64,000 nucleotides of DNA from Marsupella aquatica (lineage: Eukaryota > Plantae > Marchantiophyta). Under the pieces are notes generated by a model, which saw nothing but the letters and a program-made list of their open reading frames with translations, was not told the DNA's origin and searched no databases. Position 1 is the first letter of the stretch. Every line of letters begins with the position of its first letter. The position numbers and the translations under genes were made by a program. The stretch covers positions 1,824,515 through 1,888,514 of the forward strand of contig OZ316897.1 of the NCBI GenBank assembly GCA_973895155.1, written 5' to 3'. Shown one piece after another: positions 48,526 to 61,649 of the stretch.

Positions 48526-50994
48526 TGGCGCCATCCTATCCTGATTAATTTTTCCGTGGACGAGAAGATATGTCAACCATGTTTATTGAATCAGAGTACA
48601 AATTCTCCCGTGTCTCGATTCTTTTTACCGCTCTTCCTTCTTCAGGACTTCCTTGTACTGGAGCAATACAACTCTATTTCGTCCTTTGAGCGTCCAAGGA
48701 TGATTAGTTTGTCCTATTAGAGGGCTATGTACACGAAGGCAGCAGTGCCTTACGTGAACAAAAATTTGGAAGAGGTATGGATGAAACTCCTTGACTATCT
48801 GATCGTCGATCCGGTGGCCCGTTCTAGACTTCACACTAGAGAGCTTCAAATACCTTCTTCATTCTCGTAGTGAATGACTGTTCAAGTTTCACAAATTCTG
48901 CTCATCATCCAACAAACTGCACGTAGACCTGACGGCAACTACTACTACGACCGAAAAGGACTAATGGAGCAACTGAAGACGATGACACTGACAGGTGGTC
49001 AAGAGAAGACCTTTCAATAAGACGGATTGACAGAATGCACCTGATTATTGCACCTCTGGCGCCATACTCTTCATGGATCATTCCTCTGGAGGTTCTTTGA
49101 AGTTATTGGCCGGAAAAAGGTTTACCTTTGCGTTGTTGCAAGATCGGGACACGCCTTCTCTAGGCTCTCCCAAACCCGTTGCAGAGACTCTTTCAAGGAA
49201 GAATCTCCTTGTCTTTGTCGTCCAGCAATTGCTTGAGACTGGACCCTTCGCCAATTTCTGTAGTCATACGCAGTTTGCAGTTCGGAGATCTGCTATTGAT
49301 ATTCGAGAACTTCAAGAAGTTTTTCTTCAATGTGGCTTTTTGCTGAAGAGACGAAAGGTGACACCACCATTGCTGAGATTTCTCTCTCCGGAAAAGAGAG
49401 TTCCGAGTAAGCCAATAATGTGAGTCCACGAAATCCAACTCCTTTACAAAACTACCCGCAGTACATAAAAAACTTTGGTAATTAATAGACGAACCTGCTG
49501 AGTAGTTGCCCAGCTATGAGTGAACGTGTCGAGAAATTGAGTGAGTATTAAAGGCCTGAAGCAAACGGACCATTTGTAATGGAGTTTCGAGCACGGTAAT
49601 CTGTGGACAGCAATCTCATATATGACCGCACATTGTATTCTCAGAAATGAGTGCACAAGACATTGCTGAGCTCAGCTGAGACTCGCTGCAGTCTTTGAGG
49701 TTTTGAAAGGACTACCGTCATAGGGAAATAGTTGCTCTACAACTTAGAATGTCAGCACTAAGCTATTGGAATGATCAAACAACTACTAGACTGATATTTA
49801 AGTGTGCCGCTACCGTAGTCACTGCAGTGGATTTTGATCCACAGTCGATCCAGATACAACAATTCCTAATGGAGGGCTGAAATAACTTCTGTCGAGAATT
49901 CTTTTAGGTTCACTCAAAGGGATTGGAACGTCACCATTGACGATTGTGTACAAGCGACATATTAATCTGTGTCTGCCGCAGGATTATATGTGAAATGTTA
50001 GAGGACGAACACACTATTTGATGCATGTTAGAACATGCCCACCATCAAGTCTAGAAAGCACAATGCAAACGTCGTCTCCTCACAATTTCGAAGTGGCCAA
50101 AGAGTTAATTACATTCACATAGCAATGCCGTCTGGATTTCTCAGCGGAGAGTTCACCAACCAAAATAGAGACGCACCAACCATTTCAAGTGGTGTGGACT
50201 AGAGCCAGAACCATGATGGTCTTTGGAGAGGGATCGAGCCTTCTTCGTCCCTGAATTCATCTCAGGTCTCAACCTCAAAGGTTCACCAATGAAATTTGGA
50301 GTAACATGGACTGACGTAACAACCAGAAAATAATGTCCTGTGTGGGATCAGTGTCAATCACTCGTTCGACCACCGTCCACTAGATTTGACTCCAGCGTGA
50401 GCTCGGCTGCGGCAACAGTCATTTTAGATCATGTGAAATGACGGGATTTGTTCGAAACTAAACTGCATCAAAGCAGAGTGACCTTCGTCACAACGGATCA
50501 GTCTTCAATACTAAATCAATTGGTTTAGGAGCTCAAAACATCACAGGAGGCAAAACACAATGAAAATGAGACAATCATTAGTTAGCACTACTATGTACAC
50601 AATGACCTTCTTCAGAACGGATCAGTCTCAGTCTTCAATGTCCAATGTTCAATCAATTGAGACTTCTTTCTGGGTTTTCAAAAACAATCCCGAAATGCAG
50701 GAACATGCGGGAAAACAATGCTGTATTATGGTCCCGTCAATAAATTACAACACTCTATGAGATGGCTGCGGTCGTGGAATTTACACCCACGAGCAACCGA
50801 CCCCTCAAAAGTATCAATGGCATTGACCATGAGTTTTGACACAACTACCACTCCTAAAGTGCAACGCACTACTACAGTAGCTTAATGCCCCTAAATAATT
50901 GATGGGAACCCCATCCATGATACGTTTTAGCCCCCTTGCTAGAGTCACCCTCTAGATGCTTCACTCTAGAAGATAGCCCTTATTCTAGTTTCTC

Positions 50995-51195
50995 TTAGTG
51001 TGCATTGTTTGGTTTACATGTACTAGCCTGATTACCCTATTCCTTGAACAAAAATAGGGGTGACGGCAAAAAATGACATTCCAAAAGTTTCTCTTTGCAT
51101 TGTTTGATTACATATATGTACTAGCCGCCTGATTACCCAATTCCTTGAACAAAAATAAATAGGGGTGACGGCAAAACATGACAGTCCAAAAAAAA
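50995..51195. repeat. Direct tandem duplication of ~95-110 bp
   Basis: TGCATTGTTTG.TTACAT...CCTGATTACCC.ATTCCTTGAACAAAAAT...AGGGGTGACGGCAAAA occurs twice. Confidence 0.75.
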
Positions 51196-54004
51196 GATTC
51201 CTTACTAGTTTCCATTCATCTTTGCCCCCGTCAAGTTTTCTCTTGTCGCCCTCACTTTCAGTTATGTCCTTAGTCACACTCTACCCCTATCCCTGTTTTT
51301 TGTGTGCAATCTCACTCTCAATTAAGTCCTGAGAGTCAGAGTCTAGAGTGAAGCAGTAAGCCAGGCAGTAGCTTTTGATTGCAATTATGTAAGTGTAGAT
51401 GTTAGTACTAGCAAGAGATGTACTAGCCAGATTTTGCCCAAGCTTTGCTCAAGGTTGTTTCTGCACCTGTTATCTCACCCTAGAACTTGCCTGCATGCAA
51501 GAGTCAGGGTGTAGATTGTGATTTGTTAGTTAGATGCATGACTACCGTTTACACCATTGCTTAAAGTGACCTTACAAGAAGTAGGGGCACTTGAATGTGA
51601 CCTTTATCACCAAACCAAAACCAGACCAAAAATCTTTTGCAACTAACTTCAATAAATGCAAATCCCTTGAATGAAAGAGAAGGTTTGGATCCAACTTTAT
51701 TCTTAAGGTATTCTTTTTTTCCTGGTGTGGCAAATGTCACCTAGTTTGAAGGAGAAGATGCTAAGGATATTCTTCATCTAGTTTTCCTAGATTTACATCT
51801 GACCATCAGAACTCCTCTGTGTAAGGATTATTGTTAGATTGGCTACTGGGTCTGTGGCTAGGTGGGAAACTGGCTAATGGAAGGCAGAGAACCCCCCAGT
51901 CAGAGAACCTTAGGACTTTTTGCCAGAGTGGCAAAGACATTTTAGAGAGATGGAATCTAACAAAGTTTTGCAACTGGAAAAAGCCTTTGTTTGAATCGAT
52001 CACTTCTAGAGGTGTTTTAAAATCCTAGAGAATATAAGCACTCTACATCAACATTTCCACTCCTTGCCATGTACTTAGTATCATTAGACATCATACCTGA
52101 ATTGGCCCCCAACTTCTTGGAAAGCCAAGTGCAAATGCTAGGGTCCAGATTTAATTTCAAAGAGAAAAAACAGAAGCACGCCCCCCCCCCCCCCCCCCCC
52201 CATGTCTCATAAAGCCACCCTTGGTGCGACAATGGAAATGACCTGCCTGCCCTTGTGGTACCTGAGCTTCACCAGGAATTAATTTACTGCAGGGTAATTA
52301 GGCCATGTAAGTAAGCTAGGTGAAAAGTACTCTATTGTAATTTTAAGATTATGATCACATTTATTTATGTTATACTAGTTCATGACCCGTGCCTTCATGA
52401 TCTCATATACTGCTCAAATGAACCGAACATGGATTATTGGCAAATATTAGCTGAGTACAAATCAGATGCTAAAATTATTCAAGCATTGCCCTGTGCTAAA
52501 ACTACCGTAGCATGAACCCCCTACTAAAACTACCTGACAGTTGGTAGTCAAGCATACAGTATGAGTTCTAATTCCAAATTCCAAATGGAACTGTAAACGT
52601 ACACTAAACTCCAATCCTTTCCATTTTGCATTTCATTATTTATGTCCTACTTGATCATCTCCAAAATCATGGCCTAACTTTGAACCCAGCCCAATTGTCC
52701 CTATATATATAGGAGTGCCATTGCAAGTTCCTTTCTCTCCATCCCTTAATTTCAGCATCTTACAATGGTAATTAACGTGGAAGCTTAAGTCTGGATGACC
52801 CTCAATCCACTTCCAATGGCTCCCTCGTCTATAATTGGTGATCTCTCTGGTGTGTAAAATATGGTTCAAAATTTTTTCAAGAGCTTTCTAATGAACCTAA
52901 CATTATCACATACCATCAAATATCAAAGAGATGACAAATTTCTGAATATACCTTTCAATGAAAATCAAGCTATGGCATATATTGGTCAAAAAATATTTAA
53001 TATCAAAAAATGACTTCAAATTTCTTGGGCTATGTTTCAGAATTATCTGCTCCCAGGTTTGGGAGACCAGTTGGCCAGAAAGTGAAGGATGCTATACATA
53101 CTAATTTTACTTACTCCTAATTACTTCTAATTACTCGCGATTACTTCTATATACTTACTCCACTATTACTTCTATATACTTTAATTCAGATTCACCCTGG
53201 CAAAATTCATCTTGGCTTATGACACAATTGAGTTGTACATAAATGGAGAGGATGATAGACAAGGCACCAATCATAGGCTAGAAATGAGGAAACTTAAATA
53301 TGCAGAGAAATTGCATAACCCAGAAAATGCCAAGTGAGTTATAATTTCCTTTTTGTTGCTGGATGAGCTGGTCTCTACTCCTCCCAAGCTAGGTTTGTCT
53401 CGTTCAAACTCTGGGTGAATTCACTAGGGGAAATCATCTATTGGGAGACCTAAATGCAGTTTTACCAACACCCAATAGTTGATGACAATGTCACCCTCAA
53501 TAACCAGGAACTATATAGTCCAGGTCGCTCCGAATTAAAAAAAAATTAATTCAAATCAGAGGAATCCCCTAACTTAGGCCATCTAACGTTGTAGGCCTCA
53601 GCCTATTCCATATACCAGGGGGGGAACACCCAATGACATATATTTATGCTTTATCTCACTTTCCACACTTCAATCACCCAACTCAGGCAAAAACACATGC
53701 TTATCTTAATCCTACCTATCCCATCCCCATCCCCATGCACCTGCCTACCCCTACCCCTACCCCTCTCTTCATCTTTCTCTTTGGTGGGTGATAAGGTGCA
53801 AAACGCAGACATTGGCGTGGTCTAAACTTAGGTGGCTCCCTATGACATGAGGGCACCCACCCCACTTCCTCAAGGCACCAAAAAAAACCAAAAAAAAAAC
53901 CTGTCTACACACCAGAAATAAACCCAAACAGACATTTATTTATGGATGCCAAACCAAACTAAGTTTTCTCCCCAACCAACCCCATGAAATTTTGGGTATG
54001 TTCA

Positions 54005-54385
54005 TTTAGGGTCTTATCAACCATCTGGATCAATCATGGGTCCACCAAGTAGCAACCCATTTAAGGTCTATTCAACACTCTGGATCAATCATGGGGTCCA
54101 CCAAGTAGCAACCCCACGAGATTTGGTTACGTTAATTTAAGGTCTATCAACAGTCTAGATCAATCATGGGGTATGTAGATTTAAGGGCTATCAAGAGTCT
54201 AGATCAATCATGGGTTCACCAAGTAAGAACCCCAAGACATTTTGGAGGAGCCCCTTTAAGGTCTATCGACAGTGTGGAGTGTGGACCACTCATGGGGTCC
54301 ACCAAGTAGCAACCCATGAGATTTTGGATACGCTAATTGAAGAAGGTCTATCAACGGTCCCGATCACTCATGGATTACACCAAGT
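54005..54385. repeat. Degenerate tandem repeat (TTTAAGGTCTATCAACAGTCTRGATCAATCATGGGGTCCACCAAGTAGCAACCC), ~6 copies
   Basis: Visible directly in the sequence. Confidence 0.8.
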
Positions 54386-56141
54386 AACACTTTTCATTCT
54401 CGGTCCATCAAGTAAAAAGTATCTAAAACAAAGACTCTCAAACCTTTGGGTCTAGTCTAAAATAAAGACTCTCAAACCTTCGAAAATAAAGTCTCTCAAT
54501 TTTCAAACCTTTGGGTCAACCTTCGTGCAACGGGTCAACAATAGCAATGTCGTCTTTGATTTTACAATAAACCTCTCGTCATGAGTGTGGGTTGGTCTGA
54601 ATCCCTCCCGATTTGTCGGGAAACACCGCTCTAATAATTAGCAGCAGCTGCTCATGCATGACAATTGCATGATTGCTCGTGATCTGGCTCCAAACCGATC
54701 GGTGCCTCTGATGCACAAAGGTACTGTAGTGTACTACAGATGAATCCGATGAATCCAATCTATGTGTCAGCCCAAATGCGAGTGGGTACTCCACCGCCTG
54801 TCAGAGTTGAGTTGAATCGAATTGAATTTTCAGTTCAATTTCAGTTCTCAATTCAGTTCAGCAGTGCAGCTGTGCAGGTGTACTGACCACTGAATTGAAG
54901 ATCCCACCAGAACATTAGTACCAGAACTCCACGACAGTGACAGAGGTGCGTGATTGATTCAGTGTCCTCCACCGCCAGCACCAGGCAGCATCATTGTCCT
55001 CCGACTCACCTCGGTCCACATTCTGCTTTCCTGCTCTCACTGTTGCAGCTCTGTTTCTCTCGATTTGCGTCTATGGAGGAGTTTCCCATGAGAGCAGTCA
55101 GCTTGGAGGGAGATGTCAAGGAGCAGAATTGAGTCCTCTGCTCTCAAGGCTCTCAATTCGGGACTCTCTCTCTCTCTTCGCCCTTCTTCGCTCAATTTCG
55201 CACCGCTTGATGAGTGAGTTGTCGTGCTTCACTTGGTGCTGTTGTTGCTTCGCCTGCTGTTGGAGCAGCTGTTCGGGGAGGCCAAGGGAGGACGTGAGTG
55301 GCGGAAGTGGGACGGAGTGAGTGCTTGAAGTGGTGTGTCAGCCAAGCGAAGCCAAGCTAGTTGCTGTGCATTCTTTTCTAGCTTCTTCCTCGTTTCCCAG
55401 CTCGAGTGAGTGATCAACCACCACTCTCTCGACAGGTACGTTTTCACCCAAATTTAGTTATTCTAAGTGAGTCGGTCGGTCGTTTCCTCCTTGGTCCGCT
55501 TAACAAAGTTTGGACTTGCTCTCACTGAGACCCATACTGCCGACACGCTCACTCTCAGGAGTGGTTCTCTCGCTCTGTGCCTGTATGTGCTTTGCATTGA
55601 AACTAGTCAGGTGTATTGTTAGAAACTCGAGTTGGCTATTTTAGTGAACCTGGCTATTTCAGTGAACCGTTTTCTGAGAGCTTGTCACGTTTGGTACTTC
55701 AAATTCCCGGAGATGGCCATCGTTCACTGGACAAGATGTTTCGAATTGTGTTTCTCTTTTACTTGACAGTCAATCGAGAGGAAGCATGGGTTTCCCCGTT
55801 GTCCATCTCTCTGCTGTAGTTCTTCCTCCATTGATTATAAACACCTGTATAGTCAAGTAACTAGCGTCCTGTGCATTCATTCCGATCTACGGTTGTTGCT
55901 CGGAAAGCGATTCAAAGTTTCCTATCGTACGCCACTAATTTGAACCGGATCTGTTCTTCACCCTTGAGTGTATCTGTTCTGCCACAGAGTGATGGCTCGA
56001 ATCGTGCCAAAGCGTTTACGCTTGCCATTGTGCGTTAGTGTGCTCATTTTGTTCATATTCATGAGTGTGCTGATGATTTTGCTCATCGCTATTGAGCAGC
56101 GTTTTGGCTTGTCACCGAAAGACATTAGCGCCTAAGCCAGC

Positions 56142-59100
56142 ATGGCTCCTAGCGTGGACGCACGGAAGGAATCCAAGAGTGTTGGAAGAGTACTTGCGTC
56201 CACAGAAGCGAATTGGGCAAGGGCCACGGCCACCGGGACAGGAGTGCAGGTTATAGGCCTGGCTTTGAAGAAAAATGTGGAGTTGGAACTGATTTCCCAG
56301 GCTGCTCGAGAGCTGGTGGGTAATTACGCTGTCCTCAGGTCTCAGATTGTCGAGACCTCCAAAGGCAAGCTTGTGCTCACTCCTCCACAGAGACTCAGCT
56401 CCCCTTGTGTTGAAGAAATCCCATGGCCTCCGCTGGAAAGGAAAAGTATCATCGGTGGTATGTTAGTGCTTCCAGGAGACGAAAGCGAGGATCATAGGCT
56501 CAGCTTGGCGCTGGACAGTGTTGTGAAGCAAGAACTCAACACCCCATTCCGCAATGCATCCCAGAAGATCAGTGGTCCAGTGGATGTCTTCAGAATTCTT
56601 GTCTACACTGGACATCAATCGCCAAGTTTAGGAACTCTCATAGTTCTCAAGTTCAACAGCGGTGCCTTGGACAGGCCTTCTGCTACCAACATTACGCAGA
56701 GCTTCTTGACAGCCTTGAATGCCGTCGTTGATGGGAAGGTTCCGCAGCTGCCAGCTGCCCCCGGTAAGAACGAGCTCCTTCCAGCCTTGGAGGACTTGAT
56801 TCCAAAGGGGAAAGCTATAAAGGGTCTGATTCAGAAGGGGATCGATACAATTACGTATGCAATGTCAGCCAACAAATTTTCGCTCTTGCCATTCAGCTCC
56901 TCATATGTTGAATCAAAACACCAAGTCTTTCGCACTGACATCTTGAGCTACACCCTCGGAAAAGAAGGTTTGTGGCACAACTTGATCTCAATTCTTCGAA
57001 CTCGCTTCAATCTCAGTCCTTTGCAGTTCCGTTTGATTGAACACTACTGCATATTTTGAACGCAAGCGGTGGTGCCCCAGAGCGGACAGACGTTTCCTCT
57101 CTTCGTGGAAGTTGAGAGAAAGAGAGAACAAATCTCCTTTATCATTCTACACTTTCCCCAGTCTCAACAGATGGGCACTAAGGGTGTAGCTGCTGATAAA
57201 GAATGTGAATTTTGTGCTGAAAAAGGATGTTCACAAAGCTACTATACTACTTGGAAGCTGGCCTTGGAACTGAAGAGGAAGATCCTCAAAGCTACAGCAC
57301 AGTTTAGAAGTTGACTTCGCAGCTGAAGAACAATATTCACAAATGTTCGGAACTAGTTAGAAGTGTATCATAGAGCAATATTCATCAAATCTATATTAGA
57401 AGTGGATTGTCGCTCAAGCGAATTTGGACTTCAGCAAGGCCACAGCATCAATCCGTTGGCTTTCCTTGAGGGTCACTAGGAAGAGGAAGTGTAATGGACT
57501 TAAGACCGGCCATCCTCTATCTCGTCCATCCAATTATATCGATTGCATTACAAAGACAGAATACAATGATACTTTCCATATAAGCCAACGGGGCTTGAAA
57601 AGTCAGAAAGATCTGCCCACCTTTTCCTCCGCACACAGAAAAAATAGTAATTGCGAAGCATTTGTGTTTAGGGTCCGTTACCGAGTTCATTCTAATTCAA
57701 GGTTGAATCTGTGACAGAGTCTAGTCTGTTACGATGATTGTGCATATAGTCTCTGATGGGTGGTTTGGCCATGAGATGGCTGGAATACGATTTGGTAACA
57801 ACCCATAATTGGAAAACATTGGACTGTTCTCTGTAGCTAGGTTGCTGGCCTATGAACTCAAAAACTGCTGTGTCTTCTCTTTATATATCAGGAACTTCTG
57901 CGTTGATGGCGCGCAGCAAGCAGGAGAAAACAACATATGGAGCAGCTCTAACTGCTGCTTTTCTCAAGGGAGTTGCCAACTTGAAAGAGCTCAAGGACAA
58001 AAAGCTTGATAAGTTTAGCTTCACAAGGTACATTCCTTCCCCTCGCTTATATTCTTTGGGTTATCCATTGGCTAGGTGACGGTTTCTGGCATCATTGGAA
58101 TAACTTGTAATTAATGGTACTGGCTAAGAATTTCCGGATCTTAGAGGCACCCACTCTCAAACTCAGACTCTTGGCTGGACGTCTAACTAATTCTCTCGCT
58201 TAGAATTTGTGATGGACTCGGTTCTTGCAGTTTTAGAATCTAGTCGGGGCTCATGCCTCATGTCCAAGGGATGCTCAGTGGATTATCTCTTCCCCGAGGG
58301 ACCTTCAGAAGTAGAAGGCAGATTTAACAAGTCAGTCTTTGAGTTCAAAAGCATTTATTGGTGTGTATTTCTGATTTGTTCTCCGTTTAAATACTAACTC
58401 CTCAAGTTGGGGTCCTGCATGAGCAGCTTGATAGACTGCCGGCCTCACTTTCGGCCGACAATTTCACCTCAGGGCCTTGGAGCCTACACGGCTGGAATAT
58501 CTCAAGACGAACATGTAAAAAGTGACATAGGTTTCTGGGACCTTGCACGCAGTGTTTCGGCTTCAACTGAAAGGGAGATGGAAAAAATGATACATTTCTC
58601 TGAGCTTCCTGTACTCAATATGATCTTCTCACAGGTGATTCTTTGTTAGTCTCAAAATTTTGTTGATTTTCGCATAGTCACAACCGAACACTCTTTAAAT
58701 GGTTTTACCTCTGCATTTCATGCAAAAAATCCAGGTTCAACTTTATTTTAAAGCCATAGGAAACCTGTAAAACTTATAAAGTAAATGTAAATGTAATGTG
58801 ATTCTGTGAAACAAATTGTAACGCTGTAAATGACATGTATATACGAAACGTTCTAGAAACATATGTAACATCTCAAGTCCTCAATTTCTTTCATTACCTC
58901 TCACTATCTTGCCGGGTTCAATCTGCATACAGTACAGTACTCCAATGAAACATATGTTGAAACGTGCTTCCTGAGAAAATCAGTCCATGCAACTCTAAAA
59001 ATGTTCGTTGTTTCTGTGTGCATGTGGAGTAGATCCTGAAGAGACCAAGCTTAACACAGAAGTCTTCCCTCCGAACAGCTTTATTCTCCTTGTTTGTGGA

Positions 59101-59338
59101 CCGACCCATGAATGCCCAATGGCAGGATGTGGATAAATTAGAGCTAGCAGGCACGTTTGGGCCCTATGCTTCCCTGCATGGCATTGCACCGTGCTTTTGT
59201 TTGGCAGAAGCTCTGATCCCCGGACCGGAGTTGAATCTGTCACTCGTGTATCCGGTCCCTGTTTATGACGAGGAGCAAATGGAAGCTCTCGCCAAAACTA
59301 GTTTGGGGGTGTTGACTATAGCTATCAAGGAGCTCTAG
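56142..59338 (+). CDS. Condensation-domain/CoA-dependent acyltransferase-fold protein (plant AT3G52610-like family); 4 coding exons
   Basis: RVLASTEANWARATATGTG, LKFNSGALDR, LIDCRPHF, FWDLAR. Exons ~56142-56967, 57891-58028, 58426-58634 and 59033-59338 with GT-AG ends. Probable 5' UTR intron ~55436-56099. Confidence 0.8.
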
Positions 59339-61649
59339 TGTCCAGGAGTTCAAATTCTGTACAAGGCGGTTGTCACCTAGAATCTCCCCCTTGAAAGATG
59401 AAATCGAAGGAGAAAACATCTTCAACCCTGAGTTGGCTGTGGCAGTAAACTTCTTCTCTGAAGAGCAAAGACGGGGATCGAAAGTGTTTCTTTAGCTAGC
59501 TTCTCCTAAAAAACTGTTGCCACCGTTTCAAAGGCGAGGTAGGGTGAATACAGTGGTGTAGACTCTACTCTTAGATATACAATTTCCTTTAAACAAGCAA
59601 CTTAAATGATCTTGTAATTATATCGAATTCAATCCAAATTATAATACATTTGATTCAGTTAACATTGAGTCAGACCAGCTCAATTTCCAGCCAGGCAATG
59701 AGAATGGTCTTACAGGAAGCCCGCACCCGGATAATCTGAAACTAGAGCATACAAGCATTTGAAGAGTACCAGCCATTCGAGCTTTTGTCTGCGCTGGATA
59801 CAATCTTTTCTACCACGCTTGCCAAACAATTTTAGCAGATTCGTCGCCTTTTGAGTGACTTGGAAGGAGGTGACGCGTAGTACGATTGCCAGAACAAGTT
59901 AGCCTTTACGTGGTTATTTTGAGCTTGACCATAGAGAGATTGATGACTAGAACGAGTGCCCAAAAAAATGCTGGCTCCTGGGTTGGGAGCTTACGAATTG
60001 AAACGGACAATCACGATGTGCTGCCTGATAGTTTTCCCACTCTTATAGCTCTCCTCAACTGGGATTGAGCAAAATGCCTCATCGACGAGATGTTTCCCAT
60101 AAGCCTTGGCGACCTTGCCATGCTAGAAGTATTGGAAGTACGAGTCAGAAGACAGTCGTGGAAATCTTATGAAAATTTCTTTATTGCAAAACTTTAATGG
60201 AAGCTCGAAGGTATTCACCATACTTTACAAGAGTGGTGCATGTGCAACTGACGCAGTTGCTCGAGACAAAGCGACTTGCAAGAAAGCTGTCACAGTTGCT
60301 GCCGCGATCATGTGCCAACTGCTTTAGTACGAAAGTTCGGATCAACTCGTTCCTCACTTTGCCTAACACATCTCTGTACCCTTGAAGTTATCATCAGTTT
60401 TAGCAGTACAGAGATGAATAAAGAATCTTCCAGCGCTAGTTCTTCGCAAATCCATCCTGCCATCGTGAGGCTCGTGCCCTATGTCTAAACGAGAATCCAA
60501 GAATAGTGATGACGTAGTCGCGATTCTTTCCCATGTTGCTTAGCAAAGAGGGAAAGAAAAAAGGACCACATGATATAACCAGCATGTATCATGAGAAAAC
60601 GAAAGAACGCAGGACTGTCAAAGACAATATTGGTGATGCAGCAGAATCTGTCATCATTGCCTTCGGTAGGCCATGAAGCAAAAGAGCTAACTGCTTCAGA
60701 ACGCCAGACTTGAGACCTGCCTAGAGCCAAAGCGAATATAAACTTTTAGAACAAAACTGTAGAAGAAAGTAGACCTGGAGAGAGGAACAATTGCACTTGC
60801 TCTAAGTGATCAGACATAACACCAGCATCTGCAGTTTGCCAAGAACTCATAAATGGATTGACGTACCAAGCAGTGCGACAAACGTACAAATGAACACTCT
60901 AGATTCAGCAATTCTTCCGTGATATATTTTCAAGCGTATGGAGGACTGGAATGTTTACACCAAGAGCAATTGGGACTGCCGGGAGAATAAAATTGACTTC
61001 GAACGTGAGGATTCAGCGAATACCAAACTGGTATGTCCAATCCAAAGAGCAAGTCAAAAAAGTGACTTGAGAACTGAATACAAGTTCTGCACGTGTGCAA
61101 TCACCCTGGCATGTATAATCACCAGTGCTGCAATCTTCAATGACTCTCAGAAACTACCCGACCTTATCCTGGGTCATCGATAGTCTCTTGTGCTACCTCT
61201 AAAATCAGCAAACAACGCGTGTTCTACAAAAAGTCCGATGCTCCTTTCTTTCGGGTCTCTTTAGTCTTAGTATGGACATATCCACCAATTTTCATTGGAA
61301 AATTGAGGACAGGGTTGTGTGATATCAATGCCAGATGTCTAAATCCTATATTGTTCCACAACAAAATTTACATGTATCATTCTTCTATAATGCTTTGAAT
61401 AGAGCATCTATCATCTCTCGCTCACCCTGTGAGGTAACTCATGCGATGGGTTTGAAAGTTCAAACCTTCTAGGCCTCTGCTCTCCTATCCTGAGAAGCTA
61501 CTTTTGAAAGAACGGAAATGGGAAGGGGAGGCTATTCTTTCACGAGATATAACAGCAACCTGTTTCTCAATCACTCCCTGTGCAAGTGACAAAAAAAATA
61601 GTGTATTTTAATACACAATATGATGACGGAACTTTCGTCATTGTCCATG

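Noticed and set aside
56648-56675. Asn in place of the catalytic His (FNSGALD) as a novel inactivation
   Set aside because: From memory, Asn also occurs at this position in other plant members of the family; cannot be claimed as unusual without an alignment.
59400-61500. Several 60-80-aa ORFs between the two convergent host genes
   Set aside because: No recognisable motifs or consistent exon chain.
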